Assembly: GCA_965645245.1 (NCBI GenBank)
Contig: OZ287068.1
Span: forward strand, 3,162,001-3,226,000
From: Massalongia carnosa
Lineage: Eukaryota
Direction of reading: 5' to 3'
DNA: 64,000 nt
Positions 14,146 to 26,150 of the stretch are shown one piece after another. The position numbers and the translations under genes were made by a program. Numbering within the stretch: the first letter of the stretch is position 1; each line of letters begins with the position of its first letter. The notes under the pieces were generated by a model, which worked only from the letters and a program-made list of their open reading frames with translations, was not told the origin of the DNA and did no database searches.

Positions 14146-15054
14146 GCATGACCTTGGCTATCAATGATTCTGCCTCTCTGATGGACTTATTTAAGCATAT
14201 TACGATAACATTCGCACTCGCCAATCGCTTATGGCTTCCCGATGCTTCTATCCTTTGGACGTCGCAGAACTTTACGATGGCCCCGGCTCTTTGCTCCTGG
14301 GTGGAGGCATTCGTTTTTCAGCATACACATTCTTTCAATTTATCACATTCTAGATCACCATATTTCATTCTAGAAAGGCTCTATGACTCGACTCTTCGTG
14401 GGTAAGAGGATCTCATATCCTGAGGTCTTGGAAAAGGTCAAGGTGGAATTCGGGTACAAAGTGATAAGTCAGGATCGTCTCGAAGGCTGCCGGGTTTGGT
14501 ACGCTCCAGCGTAAAAACCGTGTGGCCTCTCATTTCATATTTTCGGTTCAGTTTTTGTAACAGTTCTGTTAAGTTGGCAATGCTGCAGTGGACAGCTACT
14601 ATCGAATGTCGATGGATGAGCTGTAAGGTAGTAGTGATTCTGTATCCTTCTACATGTTGTACCTTACCTTGGCTCTACACCCTAGTTTAGACTGGGATCC
14701 ATAGTGAGCATAGTGGCAAACATTCGGCTGATTGTCTTGAACTGATCCATTCATTTCTGCTGTGAAGCAGAATAGATCCTTCGCCACACGACAAGGGGAA
14801 GGCTTTGACATGCTCAGCGCTCGCCTTTAAACAACGTTTCTCCTTGAGGTGATATGACCCCGCCACTTCTACGGTACCTTTCGCATTCGAACTCTAGCCC
14901 TATTATGTACTTTACATCGTCCTCAAAATCCACACCTAGCAACCTAACCCCACGCTAGACGAATCCCAGACCCCCTTCCCCCCAACTGACCCGACCCGGC
15001 CCAAGACATAACTGTTCTTTCACAGCGCTCCCATATACCCCTCTCGTTCTCCCA

Positions 15055-16133
15055 TCACGCCACCCTGATCTCATTCCCAACAGAACCTACTTCCCCTGTA
15101 AATTCTCCCACCACTTGCCTATCCCCCCCATCTCCACCTTTCTTATCCCTAACCCCACCTCCGACCCCACCACCATCTCCCTCTACCCCTCTCTTCCCAA
15201 CCTTCTCCTCCCACGGCTTCCTCCTCGCCGCCCGCACAGCGGGGGACTCTAGCCCGGAGAGCAGGGTGTCTGGCACGTGCCTGATACCCGGTATGGTTTG
15301 GCCCGTTGTGATTAGCTCGACGATTTGGCTGAATGTGGGGGGGTAGGGGGCTGGTTCTTGAGGGGGTTGGGAGGGTTGTTGAGATTCTTGGGGTTGGGGT
15401 TCGGGTAGGGTTTCCGGAAAGGGTGCTGCTGGGAAGGAAACGGTTGAGAAAGTGAGTGGATGTTGGATGGAAGAGGAGGCTGCAGATGAGGGGGCACTAG
15501 GGATGGGGTTTGTGTGAGGATGGGTAGCGGGAGCGTTGCTGATTGGAGCTATGGTTGTGGCTGTGCCTATGGCTGCCATTGGGCGCAGCTTCGTATCAAA
15601 CGTATCAGAGAATGTGGAAGTTTGAGAATGAGGATCCCCGCTGGGTGCAGCGGGGTGGGAATGGGCTGGCTGGGAGAGGAGCCATTGTGCGTAGGCGGCG
15701 GGATCGATGGGGATATGGAATTTCCTGGTGTTTGGCGTGAGCTTTTCATTGGTGCTTTGTTTCCTATTTTGTAGGGAAGAGGGATTTGCTCTTGCTCTTG
15801 CTCTTGCTCTTGCTCTTGCTCTTGCTATTGCTATTGCTCCTTTCGAGTGTGAAAGAGAAATGGGGAAAGTGGGGAGCGGGGAGAAGTAAGGAAAAGAAAA
15901 GCGTAAGGGGAAGAGGTCAAACAAGTCAAGGAAAGACGAATAAAAATGAAACCCTACCTCGAGAAATAAAAACATTGCGCGCGCAGCGTGATTCGCCCTT
16001 TCTCCTCCTCCGAAGTGCCGGGGGGAAGAATGGCACTGAGGCCTGATTGGAAGGAAGCGTCGCTGGCGAAGGGGTAGGTGCAGATATGGGGGTAGATTGC
16101 GGCTTGTGGGGGTGGGAGTGTTACTTGGGCCAT
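15055..16133 (-). CDS. PEX39-like (DUF5572/KPWE-motif) peroxisomal protein
   Basis: Exon 1 MAQVTLPP...YPFASDASFQSGLSAIL...LRAQCFYFSR, intron ~15957-15725, exon 2 with PAPYPPTFSQIVELITTGQTIPGIRHVPD...RRKPWE. Confidence 0.75.
15786..15838. repeat. (TTGCTC)n/(TTGCTA)n hexamer microsatellite in the PEX39-like intron
   Basis: Read directly; source of the spurious ARARAR and poly-L ORFs. Confidence 0.9.
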
Positions 16134-17864
16134 TATGGGGAGGTTCGTCGGGGGAGGAGGATTAGGGTTAGAGAGGGGATCTGTAGATCTTGAGATGGAG
16201 ATCAGATAAGATAATAATTCTACCCAAAATCCAGCCGAGAAAGCCGTTTGACTGGTTTGAACCTAAAGAGTCTGTTAACTACGTGTTAGCGAGGTGGCAG
16301 TGGTTCAGACGATCATTTATGCTTGAAAACGACGAACAGACAGTTATGAAGACGAGAAAGTCTCGAGCAATACACTTCTCATTACCTTTCAAACTTATCG
16401 AGTTGGTTCCTTCTGCACGTAAGGTGATCAGAATGCTGGTGGGCTTGCGCCGGAAACATCTTCCTATACAGAAAACCACATTATCTCCACATCCTAATTC
16501 CCTCCATTTCAAGTGTGATGTTCATGATCCACCGTTCTTTTGATTCATATCCTTCATGCTTGGGAGCTACTTTTCTAACCTCTTTCATATGGAAAAGAAA
16601 AAACTTTTTTTCCAAAGAGAGTTCTGCATTGCATACTCTCTTCTCCATCATAACATAGCAGAAATTTGAAAAAAGTTTGAATCACTGAATCTTTGTGTCA
16701 AGGGAAATGAACTCGCAAGGTAGTGTGCGAGTGGAAAACGCCAGTCTAAGACATCAGAGATAGGTCTTCATCTTAACGAGGCAACGAGTACTGGACCGCA
16801 CAGACCCTAAGATCCACGAGACACACGTCAGTGTTCAATGTAAGTGTTGACAAATCCAGGATTTATGCAAACACTACCATATGACTTTAGTATACATTCT
16901 CATTAGGATCTTTATATGATTTATCATTCATTAATATGAGAAGATGATATAATTTACAGCTTCGATGAGATAGCAGACGATAAACGGTTGAACAACTTTT
17001 CTGATGTGTCCTCTGTTCCCCAGCCTAACTTTTTGCAAGCGAGGCGGATATTACAGTTTCTTGAAGCTTTCTAAAAAATTAATTTAAGCTCCACAGCCTA
17101 CATAACGGGATGTTTCAATTCCTGAAGAACGGGTCATTGGGGAGAAGGGTTCACCTGCGAGATAAAGTCTAATCGATCTGCTGCATGGCCGATGCCGATC
17201 ATTACAATCAGATTGTTGACCGAGCTCCTCCATCAGATTTCATCCTGTTTTGCTAGGGTCGCCCGATCAGTTTGCTGGCTTCTTGTGCCCTTCATCTCTC
17301 ATTTGACTCTCGAGTCAGACAGAGTCATTGCATCATACTCATGTCTCCCCCGCTGTTGCATTTCAATCACGATGGTTTGGTCTGGATATGACTTTCCTCA
17401 ACCATTGTGGTTTGTTGTTGTCAGTCCCTTCATTGCTGTTGCTCCTTCGTCACACTGATGTTGCTGTTTTAGCGATTGTATCTTAACTTGGATCCATTTA
17501 CACAGGAGTTTTAAAGCTTGCAAGCGCTACCTTATTCTTTGGAAAGGTTTCCGCATGAGTCTAGCACATGTACATGTTTGTGTATATGGCTGCACTGTGT
17601 TGTTCTACTAATCCTGTTTAAACAGAGTGATGACAAGACGTTTCACCCATGTATGTTAACTTATCCACTTTTTTGTATCCGTTTGTAATTGAAACGACAT
17701 GAGACGTGTTCGGCGGGCGAGCTCATACCATAAGAAGCCGCCAAGTATACGGCTTGGGGTTACATATTAGGCCGAGATAGATTTAAGTAAAGAATCCTAA
17801 GAAGATTTTTCAGGTGACACTTTATTTTCAGCACCTGTACTGGTTATATTGCAATATCCATATC

Positions 17865-18510
17865 ATGCGATCTCTTGTGTTTAGCCTCACCACAATGGTC
17901 TCTTTGGTGAATATTCTCCCTCAAGACTTGTTCCCATCAGACGAGATTGGGAATTCGAACATCATTCCTCAGGCCTCAGATAAACTTTCCAGGTTCAACC
18001 AACTCAGAACTTGTTAGCTACGTATCTCAGAATCCATCTGACCCAGCTGGCTCCTCTAAGCCGAAATCCACCGGTCCGTCCACACAAGATTCTTCCAACC
18101 CAGTTAAGGCCGCAGATCAAACCGTCAGTTTTAGCCCTCCAAGTCTGGTTGATCTAGCTTGGACGTTCCCATGGCCTCCCAGTCCTAGTCGTCGTGAAAG
18201 TGATTGCTTACAAATTTTACTGTAAAGCTTTGTTGCATTGGGGAATTCAAGAACGGTATCATACATGATTGTGATGAGCGTGAGTTTTGAGCATCGTATT
18301 ATCACTATCCATCCTACGTATACCCTGATGATAGAAGTCCCCTTACTTGCATACTTGCAGATGATTATTGGCTGCTGCCCAGATGTTATATTCCGCAGTG
18401 GTACGGGTGTTGCAAAGAATGAGATGTGAGATTCCCTCAATCCCCAATTCATTTCTGGTAGATCATGCTCATATGGACACAATATGGCAAAGACGGGAAA
18501 CTCTGCATAA
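17865..18510 (+). pseudogene. Frameshifted paralogue of the secreted Cys-rich protein at 3461-4294
   Basis: Signal-like MRSLVFSLTTMVSLVNILP, then FPWP...ESDC, KLCCIG...HDCDE|intron 18280-18334|...GCCPD; pieces lie in different frames. Confidence 0.55.
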
Positions 18511-19267
18511 TGGGTTGACAGCGAGAAACAACTCGATCTTGATACAAAGCAAATGTTGAAGGGAAAGCCTCGTGAATACACCATGGTATCTATTTGGCCT
18601 ACGTTGATATACAAAGGAAATACCTAGATAGTTCCAGTCGTCAGTCCCCTAGGCCATCTGCATAAGTACGTACTCCGTACATTAATTATCCAAACAAGCG
18701 AAGGTAGGAGTACGTGCTTGTCTCGCTTCCCTTCATGCTCTTGGGATGAAAGTTCAGTCTGAAGACGTCTTGAGCCTTTCACAGTGAGAAACGCATCGAT
18801 TGAGATGGAAGTAGAAGCTTTGACAATCGTAGCTTGGCGTATGGTAATTTGTAGCGCAGAGACGGAGGATTCGTTTTTTGGGTTTGATATGATAACAAGT
18901 TACCTGACACCGACAGGTGCTGTTTTAAATGATAAAACATTAGGTACAGAGTATTCTCCTGCGGAGGTAAGTAAACGTTTGGCAAGACCACTTGATAGCA
19001 CAGCCACACAATACCAATTCGGTACGGAGCACTCGATATAGAGTACAGGACAAAGCACACAAATGCTAACGTTACCAGTTTAGCTCACCCTGCACTTTAA
19101 ACCGCCATTTCGCTTCGCCCGTGCATCTTTACCCTCTCTTCGCTACTTCAACCTACCTCACCTCACCTTCTTCATATTCCTATCTTTCCATCTCTCACAG
19201 ACTGACACTTATACTCTGTGTCTAGCTCTTTCGTGTTGGTGCCTTGCTCCAGGCAGCTTCTACGAGG

Positions 19268-21537
19268 ATGGCCGAGTTCATTGGGTCCGCCGTTCTACCT
19301 TGATTGGCTGTCGTCGAGCTGACCGCAAACGTAGCTCGCGCATCTCTTTGATATCAAAACGAGACATTCGGTATGAATACACCTTGTGTCCTAAGTTAAG
19401 CATGATTAGGCTACTAAAACATCAATAGCTATGTCGGTACTCTACACGAGATTAGTTCCGAAAACTCAACGGTTGCGCTTGAACAAGTTATCTCCTTTGG
19501 TACCGAAGGACGCCGACCAGACGATGAAGTTGCGCCTTCAGACAACATTTACGAATACATCGTGTTTCGAGGGAGCGATGTCAAGGATTTAAGGATCGAG
19601 GATACTCCTAAAGAAAACAAACCGCCCCCGCCACAGGTGCCTGATGATCCTGCTATACTTGGGGTAAGTTGGGCCAATCTATTCCGTTATGCGAAAGCGT
19701 AGACCCACATTTTATATGATGAAGTATATCGGATGTAAATCACATTTAGTAATCACCGAGAGCGCAAAACTGTGTGGAAATTTCCGTTGCCTTCCTTCTG
19801 ATATTTTAGATACCATCCTAGAAAATAAATCCATTCGACTTACCCATCTTTGGCTAATAAAAATTCATTCAACAGAGTGCTCGAGCTTCTACCGCATTAT
19901 CAGCACCACAGCCTATAGGGTCCCAACAGCGACAGCCTCACGAGACGCTGTCCAAGCCAGCTCAGCAAGCTCAGCAGCCTTCGCAGTCTCAGCAACCTCT
20001 GCAATCTCAGCCAATTCAGCAGTCCCGGCAACCCCTACAGAATCAACAGACCCAGACTATAAGTCAAAACCATCAACCTCCTAGGTTTCAGCAGCATCCG
20101 TACCCATATTATTTCCCGCCTCCGCCAAATGCGCGCTTTGGTCCTCAGGGCTTTCCACCCCCGCCTGGTCCTGCTTTTCCAGGTATGCCATATGGTGCCC
20201 CTCCAGGTTGGTATCCTCCTCCAGGCCAGGGTTTTCATCATCCTCCACCCAGCCAATATTACGCTCCGCAGCCCCCAATAGGCTCGGTCCCTCAACAACA
20301 TGTTCAGGGTCCACCAGGCCCACCAGGCCCTGCACCGCAGCCATCTACATCTACTACGAATGTGGCTAACAAGGAAGAGGATATTGACAAGGAAGAGAGT
20401 GTCAAAACTCGTCAAGATACGCCTGAGAAGCCAGTTGCGACTGTAAAGCTACCAAGCGCATCCACCACGCCTGCACCCCTTACTGTCGCTGAGAGCGGTC
20501 CATCACCGCCGATGGAGTCAAAACCAAATATAGTGGCAGCGCTTGCTCCACCAGTTGCTTCAGCGAACAAAGAAACCCCTACGGTGGCTAAGGCTGTGCC
20601 TGCTGCACCAAAGAATGGACGTATTATGCCTGCTATTCCTCGTCTTAGTCCCGCCATCCAGCCGCACCTGCCTATCAATGGTGCTCCAAAGCCAACCCCA
20701 GGACCTGGTGCTTCTGAACAAGCCAAGCTACCCGCAAAGTCCGAATCTACTCACTCTTCTCCAGCCGCAACGACCAAAACGATTGACGACGCAACCCGAG
20801 ACGCTAGAGCTGCAGTTGCGGCTGCAATGGCCAAATTACCTCCTGCGCCTGAATCAAAGGAGGCTAATGGCGCGAGCGCGGTGGACAATCTGGCCACCAA
20901 GGTCAACGAGATGGACACTAACGACAATATTCGAACGTTAAGACACCCAGGCACGGGCGGTTATTCTGCAGGCCATCGAGGCGGAAGGGGCAGTTATCGC
21001 GGCGGTAGGTCTCAGGCGGAGCAACAGGTTAAAAAGGTTGAAGTCCCAGAGACAGACTACGACTTTGCTTCAGCAAACGCCAAGTTCAACAAGCAGGATC
21101 TTGTCAAGGAAGCCATCGCTACTGGCTCCCCATTCGGAAGCTTTGTGGACGCAAACAACCCTTCCCCCGAAAATCCCGTGAACGGAGCAGATCGCCCAGG
21201 TAGTGAATCATCAAGCGTCGTAGTCCCCCCTGCGGTGGCTAGCTACAACAAAACCTCTTCCTTCTTCGACAACATCTCTAGCGAGAGTAAGGATCGAGAC
21301 GATGCGGGCGGTAAGAAGCTTGGGGGCCGCGAGTTCCGTACTGAGGAGCAGAAGAAGAATCTCGAGACTTTTGGCCAAGGAAGCGTTGACAATGGATATC
21401 GCGGTGGCTATCGGGGGCGTGGTGGTCGCGCGCGAGGTTACGGCAGGGCGCGAGGCGGTGGCTTTGGTGGTAGAGGCGGTAGGGGAGTGACGAGAGGTGG
21501 TGCATCGGTAGCCGGAGCTGTGGGGACAAACACCTAG
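19268..21537 (+). CDS. SCD6: Scd6/Lsm14/Sum2 decapping activator and P-body protein
   Basis: MAEFIG|SRISLISKRDIR|YVGTLHEI...FGTEGR...YEYIVFRGSDVKDL (Lsm domain), DYDFASANAKF (FDF), SSFFDNIS (FFD), NLETFGQ (TFG), C-terminal RGG. Confidence 0.95.
19712..19805 (+). ncRNA. Intronic box C/D snoRNA, snR52/SNORD83-like (guide for 18S Am420)
   Basis: Box C ATGATGA 19716-19722, box D CTGA 19798-19801, short ATA/TAT terminal stem; antisense TTGCCTTCCTT directly upstream of box D pairs with conserved 18S AAGGAAGGCAG; lies in the long SCD6 intron ~19664-19874. Confidence 0.85.
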
Positions 21538-22073
21538 GGAGGACTGATATTCAGCAGCACGATCAAGATGTGAATAGTTACCTGCAGCGGGAGAAAAGCT
21601 GCAAATGGCGGGGGCGTCTATTAACGGCACAGGATTTGCGTTGCAGCGAAATCGGGATCTGATAGGACGTGTGGAAATCTGCGCCTTTGTGTGTATTACT
21701 ACTGAACAGAGGGGAGAGCGCATGGCGGGTTGTTCTCTTTTCACGAAGGCAGGCCCTTTTTCCATCAATGCCCTCTTTCTAGCTCGTTGACCCGATGATG
21801 TCAGGGGTCTTCCAAAGCAAGGCCGCTTCCTTTTGCCTGGGGAGGTGGATTAGGAAGGGAGAAACCCATCTCCAAAACTTGGCTTTTCCTTTCATCCCTT
21901 GCTGCTTACATGATATGAATGCCTGTCCCCCGGGCCCCCTGAAACGAGCGCACATATAGCATCTACCTACATAAAACACTTGATAAGACCACCAACCAGT
22001 CAGTTACGGACGCACGTCGGGTCCTGCGCACCTAGGTAGTTACATAGTCAGTTTAGTATAGTCTAACAGATAG

Positions 22074-22100
22074 GTATGTATGTATGTATGTATGTATGTA
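22074..22100. repeat. (TATG)n microsatellite
   Basis: gtatgtatgtatgtatgtatgtatgta read directly. Confidence 0.9.
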
Positions 22101-22824
22101 ACCTACACAGGTGAGTTCATCCCCCCCCCCCCGGGGGTCTCTCTATGCATAACTAGTGTACCTTGTACCTAGAGATAGTTACTGACTTTGCTTTGCTTCT
22201 GGGTATGTATATATGTATCTATCTATCGATGATATATCATCATCATAACAACATCAATAACATCAAAAGCGAAAAGAATGGGGGTTTCTTGGCCAGTTAG
22301 CTATATAGGATTAAGGATCTAGCCCCGGGGGAGGGGTCATAGGTAGATTATTTTTCTGGGGAGTTTCCGTTACGCTTTGGGCGCAGGGGGGGAGGAACGA
22401 AGAAAAGAACGAGGAATAGGGGGTTAGTATATGGGGTATATGGGTAGGTATTTATCAGTCATCGCCCTGCCTCCCACCCCCCAAAACGCGTGCATGCTTG
22501 GTTATCCGTCTATATATCCCGTCCTTTCCCGACCGACCTAGGAACGCCGGATGAAGGTCCTAAACCCCGCTCTTCCGCCTTTCTGGTCTGGGTATTCCGG
22601 TTCATGGACTCCGTTTGGGGGGGTTCTTTGGGGATGGTGTAGATGAAAAGCATGCTGATGCTGATGCTCTGCTTCGGGACTTGCTTTCGACGACCGAGCA
22701 CATGTTGCGAAAACACCCTTCCATCACTCCCCGAGAAGAACCAGTTTCCGTATTGCCCCCCCCTCCCCCTTTTTTTTGGCGTCACCCACTCCCCCCCTTC
22801 TACCAGCACAGCCTAGTTAAGTCC

Positions 22825-23388
22825 CTAACACTTGAACCGATCAAGAGACATCTAACTCCTCGCACCCAACGCACGCACGCGCGCGTTGATACAGTATTTA
22901 GCCACCATCTCTCTATCTAGCCCTGCTCCGGGCGAACGGAAAGAGAGGAAAGAGGTATGTTAATTTACCTCAGTGACGGCCCGGACAGCGCGCGGCGTGA
23001 GGGTTTTTTCTTGATGAGCGGTTGCGTTTTCGGAGGCGGAATGGAGGAGGCTTTGGGTTTTGAAAGGAGGGGGAGGGGGGAGGTTAGGGGTGATCGGTGG
23101 TTTCGAGGGGTATGGGGGGGGAGGGCACCTACTCTTCGATGAAGAGCATGTAATCTAAGAATATCTGAAGGTACAGTCAGTAAGGCGGACTTTTCCGGGG
23201 GTTTTCGTACGAGTAGCACTGATGATGGAATTGCTGAGAAGTGGGTGTAGGCAAGTTATGCGAAAGGGAGAAGGAAGGGGAAAGGGAAGACAGACGAGGA
23301 TATCGGCGTTCTTGCTTAGAGGGCGGTTGGTGTGCGCCTTGATGAGCTTGCGGATTGCGGGGCGGGAGTAGAGTTTTTTGGGAGCCAT
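22825..23388 (-). CDS. CENP-W/Wip1-like histone-fold kinetochore protein, 4 short exons
   Basis: MAPKKLYSRPAIRKLIKAHTNRPLSKNADIL|IFLDYMLFIE..|LLHSASENATAHQEKTLTPRAVRAVTE|MSLDRFKC*. Confidence 0.75.
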
Positions 23389-23579
23389 TGGGGAAGGAGA
23401 AGGGAGAAGAGCTGCTGGCGCGAAAGTTTGGTGAAAGGGAGGGGAAGATTGACGGAAGATATTGGGAGTGTGGTGGGGGGGAGTTTGTTGACATTTGGGA
23501 AGGATGCATAGGGCTGAGTCAGATGACGAGTCGCGAGACCTGGACAAGCGAAAACGAACGCCCACGAACTAAAGCTTCC

Positions 23580-24989
23580 ATGACAGACCTCCTACACATC
23601 ATCCCTTCCTTCCCCCTCCAATCCTACACCCATCTCCTCCCTTCCCTCGAGAAGCATCTCATCACCACCACCGACCTCCTCACGCTCGATGCGCTCGAGA
23701 TTGCGAAGCGCGCACACCTACCTCTGCTTGACGTAAGGCGGCTCGCCGCCCATGTCTTCCGCATTCTTCAGGGCCAATTGGGTCTTGTAGCCCAGGATGA
23801 TGAGGGGAGATGGAGTGATGTAGATGTGGGGAAGGGGGATGTGGAAGGAATGGGGGGGTTGAGGAAGTCGGGGAAAGAAGTGGTGGCGACGTGGAACGTG
23901 ATCAGCACGCTGGATGACGAGCTGGACGAGGCATTGGGCGGAGGCATCCCCACCGGATATATCACCGAGATCACTGGAGAAAGGTAGATTTCCCTCCCCA
24001 TCCCCCTTCAACCCCATATCTAAGTCATTATCTCCCCTAGCGGCGTGGGCAAAACTCAATTCCTCCTCACGCTCCTCCTCTCCGCTCAGCTCCCTCCTCC
24101 CCAAGGCCTCTCCTGCCCAACTCTTTACATCTCTACTGAAGCACCCCTGCACACGCAGCGCCTCACCCAACTCCTCAAAACCCATCCCCGCCTCGTCTCC
24201 TCCCCCGCCTCCCTATCCCGAATCATCACCATCCAAACCCAAGATCTCGAGTCCCAGGACCACATCATCACCTACCAACTCCCCATCGCCCTGAGCCGGC
24301 ACAACATCGCCCTCTGCATCATCGACTCCGTCGCCGCCAATTTTCGTGCCGAGCACCTGGAATCCACCCAATCCAACTCTCCCTCCGCGCTCGCGCATCG
24401 TTCCGCACAACTCGTGCGTCTGGGCGCGCATTTGCGCTCGTTGGCCCGCGTTTATAACTGCGCTATCGTGGTTGCCAATCAGGTCGGCGATCGCTTCGTT
24501 CCGATTCAGCTCACCCCGCCAAACCCGCTCTCCCTCGACCACCAACAACGCTTCTTCACAGGCTGGGGCGCGCACCCCTCAGCTCCGGTCTCGAATCTTA
24601 AAACCCCGTCCCTAGGGCTCGCATGGACGAACCAAATCGCCTGCCGTATCGCGTTAATCAAGGAGTCCCGAGTCGAGACATATGACGTGCCTCGTCTCCA
24701 GGCGGGTGCGGTTCAGGGGAAGGAAGAGGATGAAGGGATAGGCCGGGGGGGCGAGGAATGGAGTCCCAAGCGCTGGCGAAGGTGGATGAGAGTGGTGTTT
24801 GCGCCATGGGTTAAGGGTACGGGAGATGCGGAGCCGGGGGTGGAGTTTGAGGTTTGGGCTGGGGGGGTGAGGGCCGTGAGGAGGGGAGGGGAAGGGATAG
24901 GTGGTGATGGTACTGGCGCTGGCGCTGCTGTCACTGCTGGAACCAATCCATCTGCCCCCACTATCTCCAACTCTCCCACGAAGAAGTAA
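23580..24989 (+). CDS. RAD57: Rad51 paralogue Rad57/XRCC3
   Basis: ISTLDDELDEALGGGIPTGYITEITGE|SGVGKTQ (Walker A, intron ~23984-24040), YISTE, IIDSVAANFRAE, VVANQV, PSLGLAW. Confidence 0.93.
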
Positions 24990-26150
24990 AGGCCCGCACG
25001 AAGCATTCCTTCCACCACTCATCCACAGGCTCAGTCAACACCTCTCTCATCATCTCATTTTCTCCCCAAAGGACTTTCCCTTTCTCTCTCTCGTATTTCC
25101 CCCCTGGCTCTTCTCCCCCGTCCCCCGATCAGGCAGACTCTCCAGCCAAGCAAACAAAACCCCGTCAATTCGTTATGGTGGCGATTGGCTGATTGCATGA
25201 ATTGGATAATTAGAAAAACTGAATGAATGTATGAAACAAACCAACAAAATAAAAAAAAACAAGATCCCTTCCTCCCCTCCCGCTCACCCACCTACAAATC
25301 CCCTTCCCCTTTCTCTCCCCTCTTTTCCAGGACTAGAAGAGCTCCAAAAGAGGACCCAAAAAGGATCAAAAAATGGGGAGAGAGAGAGAAACCGACTGAC
25401 TAACTGACGCAACCACTCACCAAGGGGGGGTTTCTGAATTTTCGGCGTTTAGCCAAGGGTTGGGGGATGGTGGGGATGAACGAGTGAACGCATGAACTTG
25501 CACAACATGGACAGCCTCCCTTCGCCCTTTCTCTCACATCCAAAGGAATGAATATCTCCCCATAGGTGTTTTTAATTTCCTATAGTTCTGTAGCCGGAAC
25601 CCCCGGATTTGGGTTTGGATGACTAAACCCCACCTCCTTCTCATCCACATTATAGGACTCCCCTATCCCACCCCCCTCCCTTCCTTCACCCGCCTGAGCG
25701 GAACCCTCCTCCTACCAGCATCACCTGCAGCATGTGGGGTAAAAAAGAAAAGGAAAGAAATACAAAGAAAAAAAAGGTTAGGGAGAAAACAACACTCAGC
25801 GAAAACCTGTTCACAAATCCATTGATCCATCCATACCTAGACCCTTCCCTCAAAAAAAGAGGAGGGAAGGGGAGAGCAAGAGCTAATAGGAAAACCCCCA
25901 ACCAAGCCCGGTTGGTCACCAAGTCGACCAAGACTTAACTACAACATGAACAAAAGAAGTGGCGTGTAGCCCTCAGGGTTCCCACCCCTCCTCCCAACCG
26001 CAAAAGCTCCTGCCATGCACATTGCTTCCTTCCCGGTTGGGTACAGCTAGTCATAACACACCATCGCGCTTACGACTATCGCTGTACGAGGAAATACGCG
26101 AAATCTAAGCCCTTCCAGCCAACGCCAACCCCTGATTATTCCCTTTCCCC

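Noticed and set aside
18784..19041. 85-aa ORF upstream of SCD6
   Set aside because: Non-ATG start, no motif, lies in the likely promoter region.
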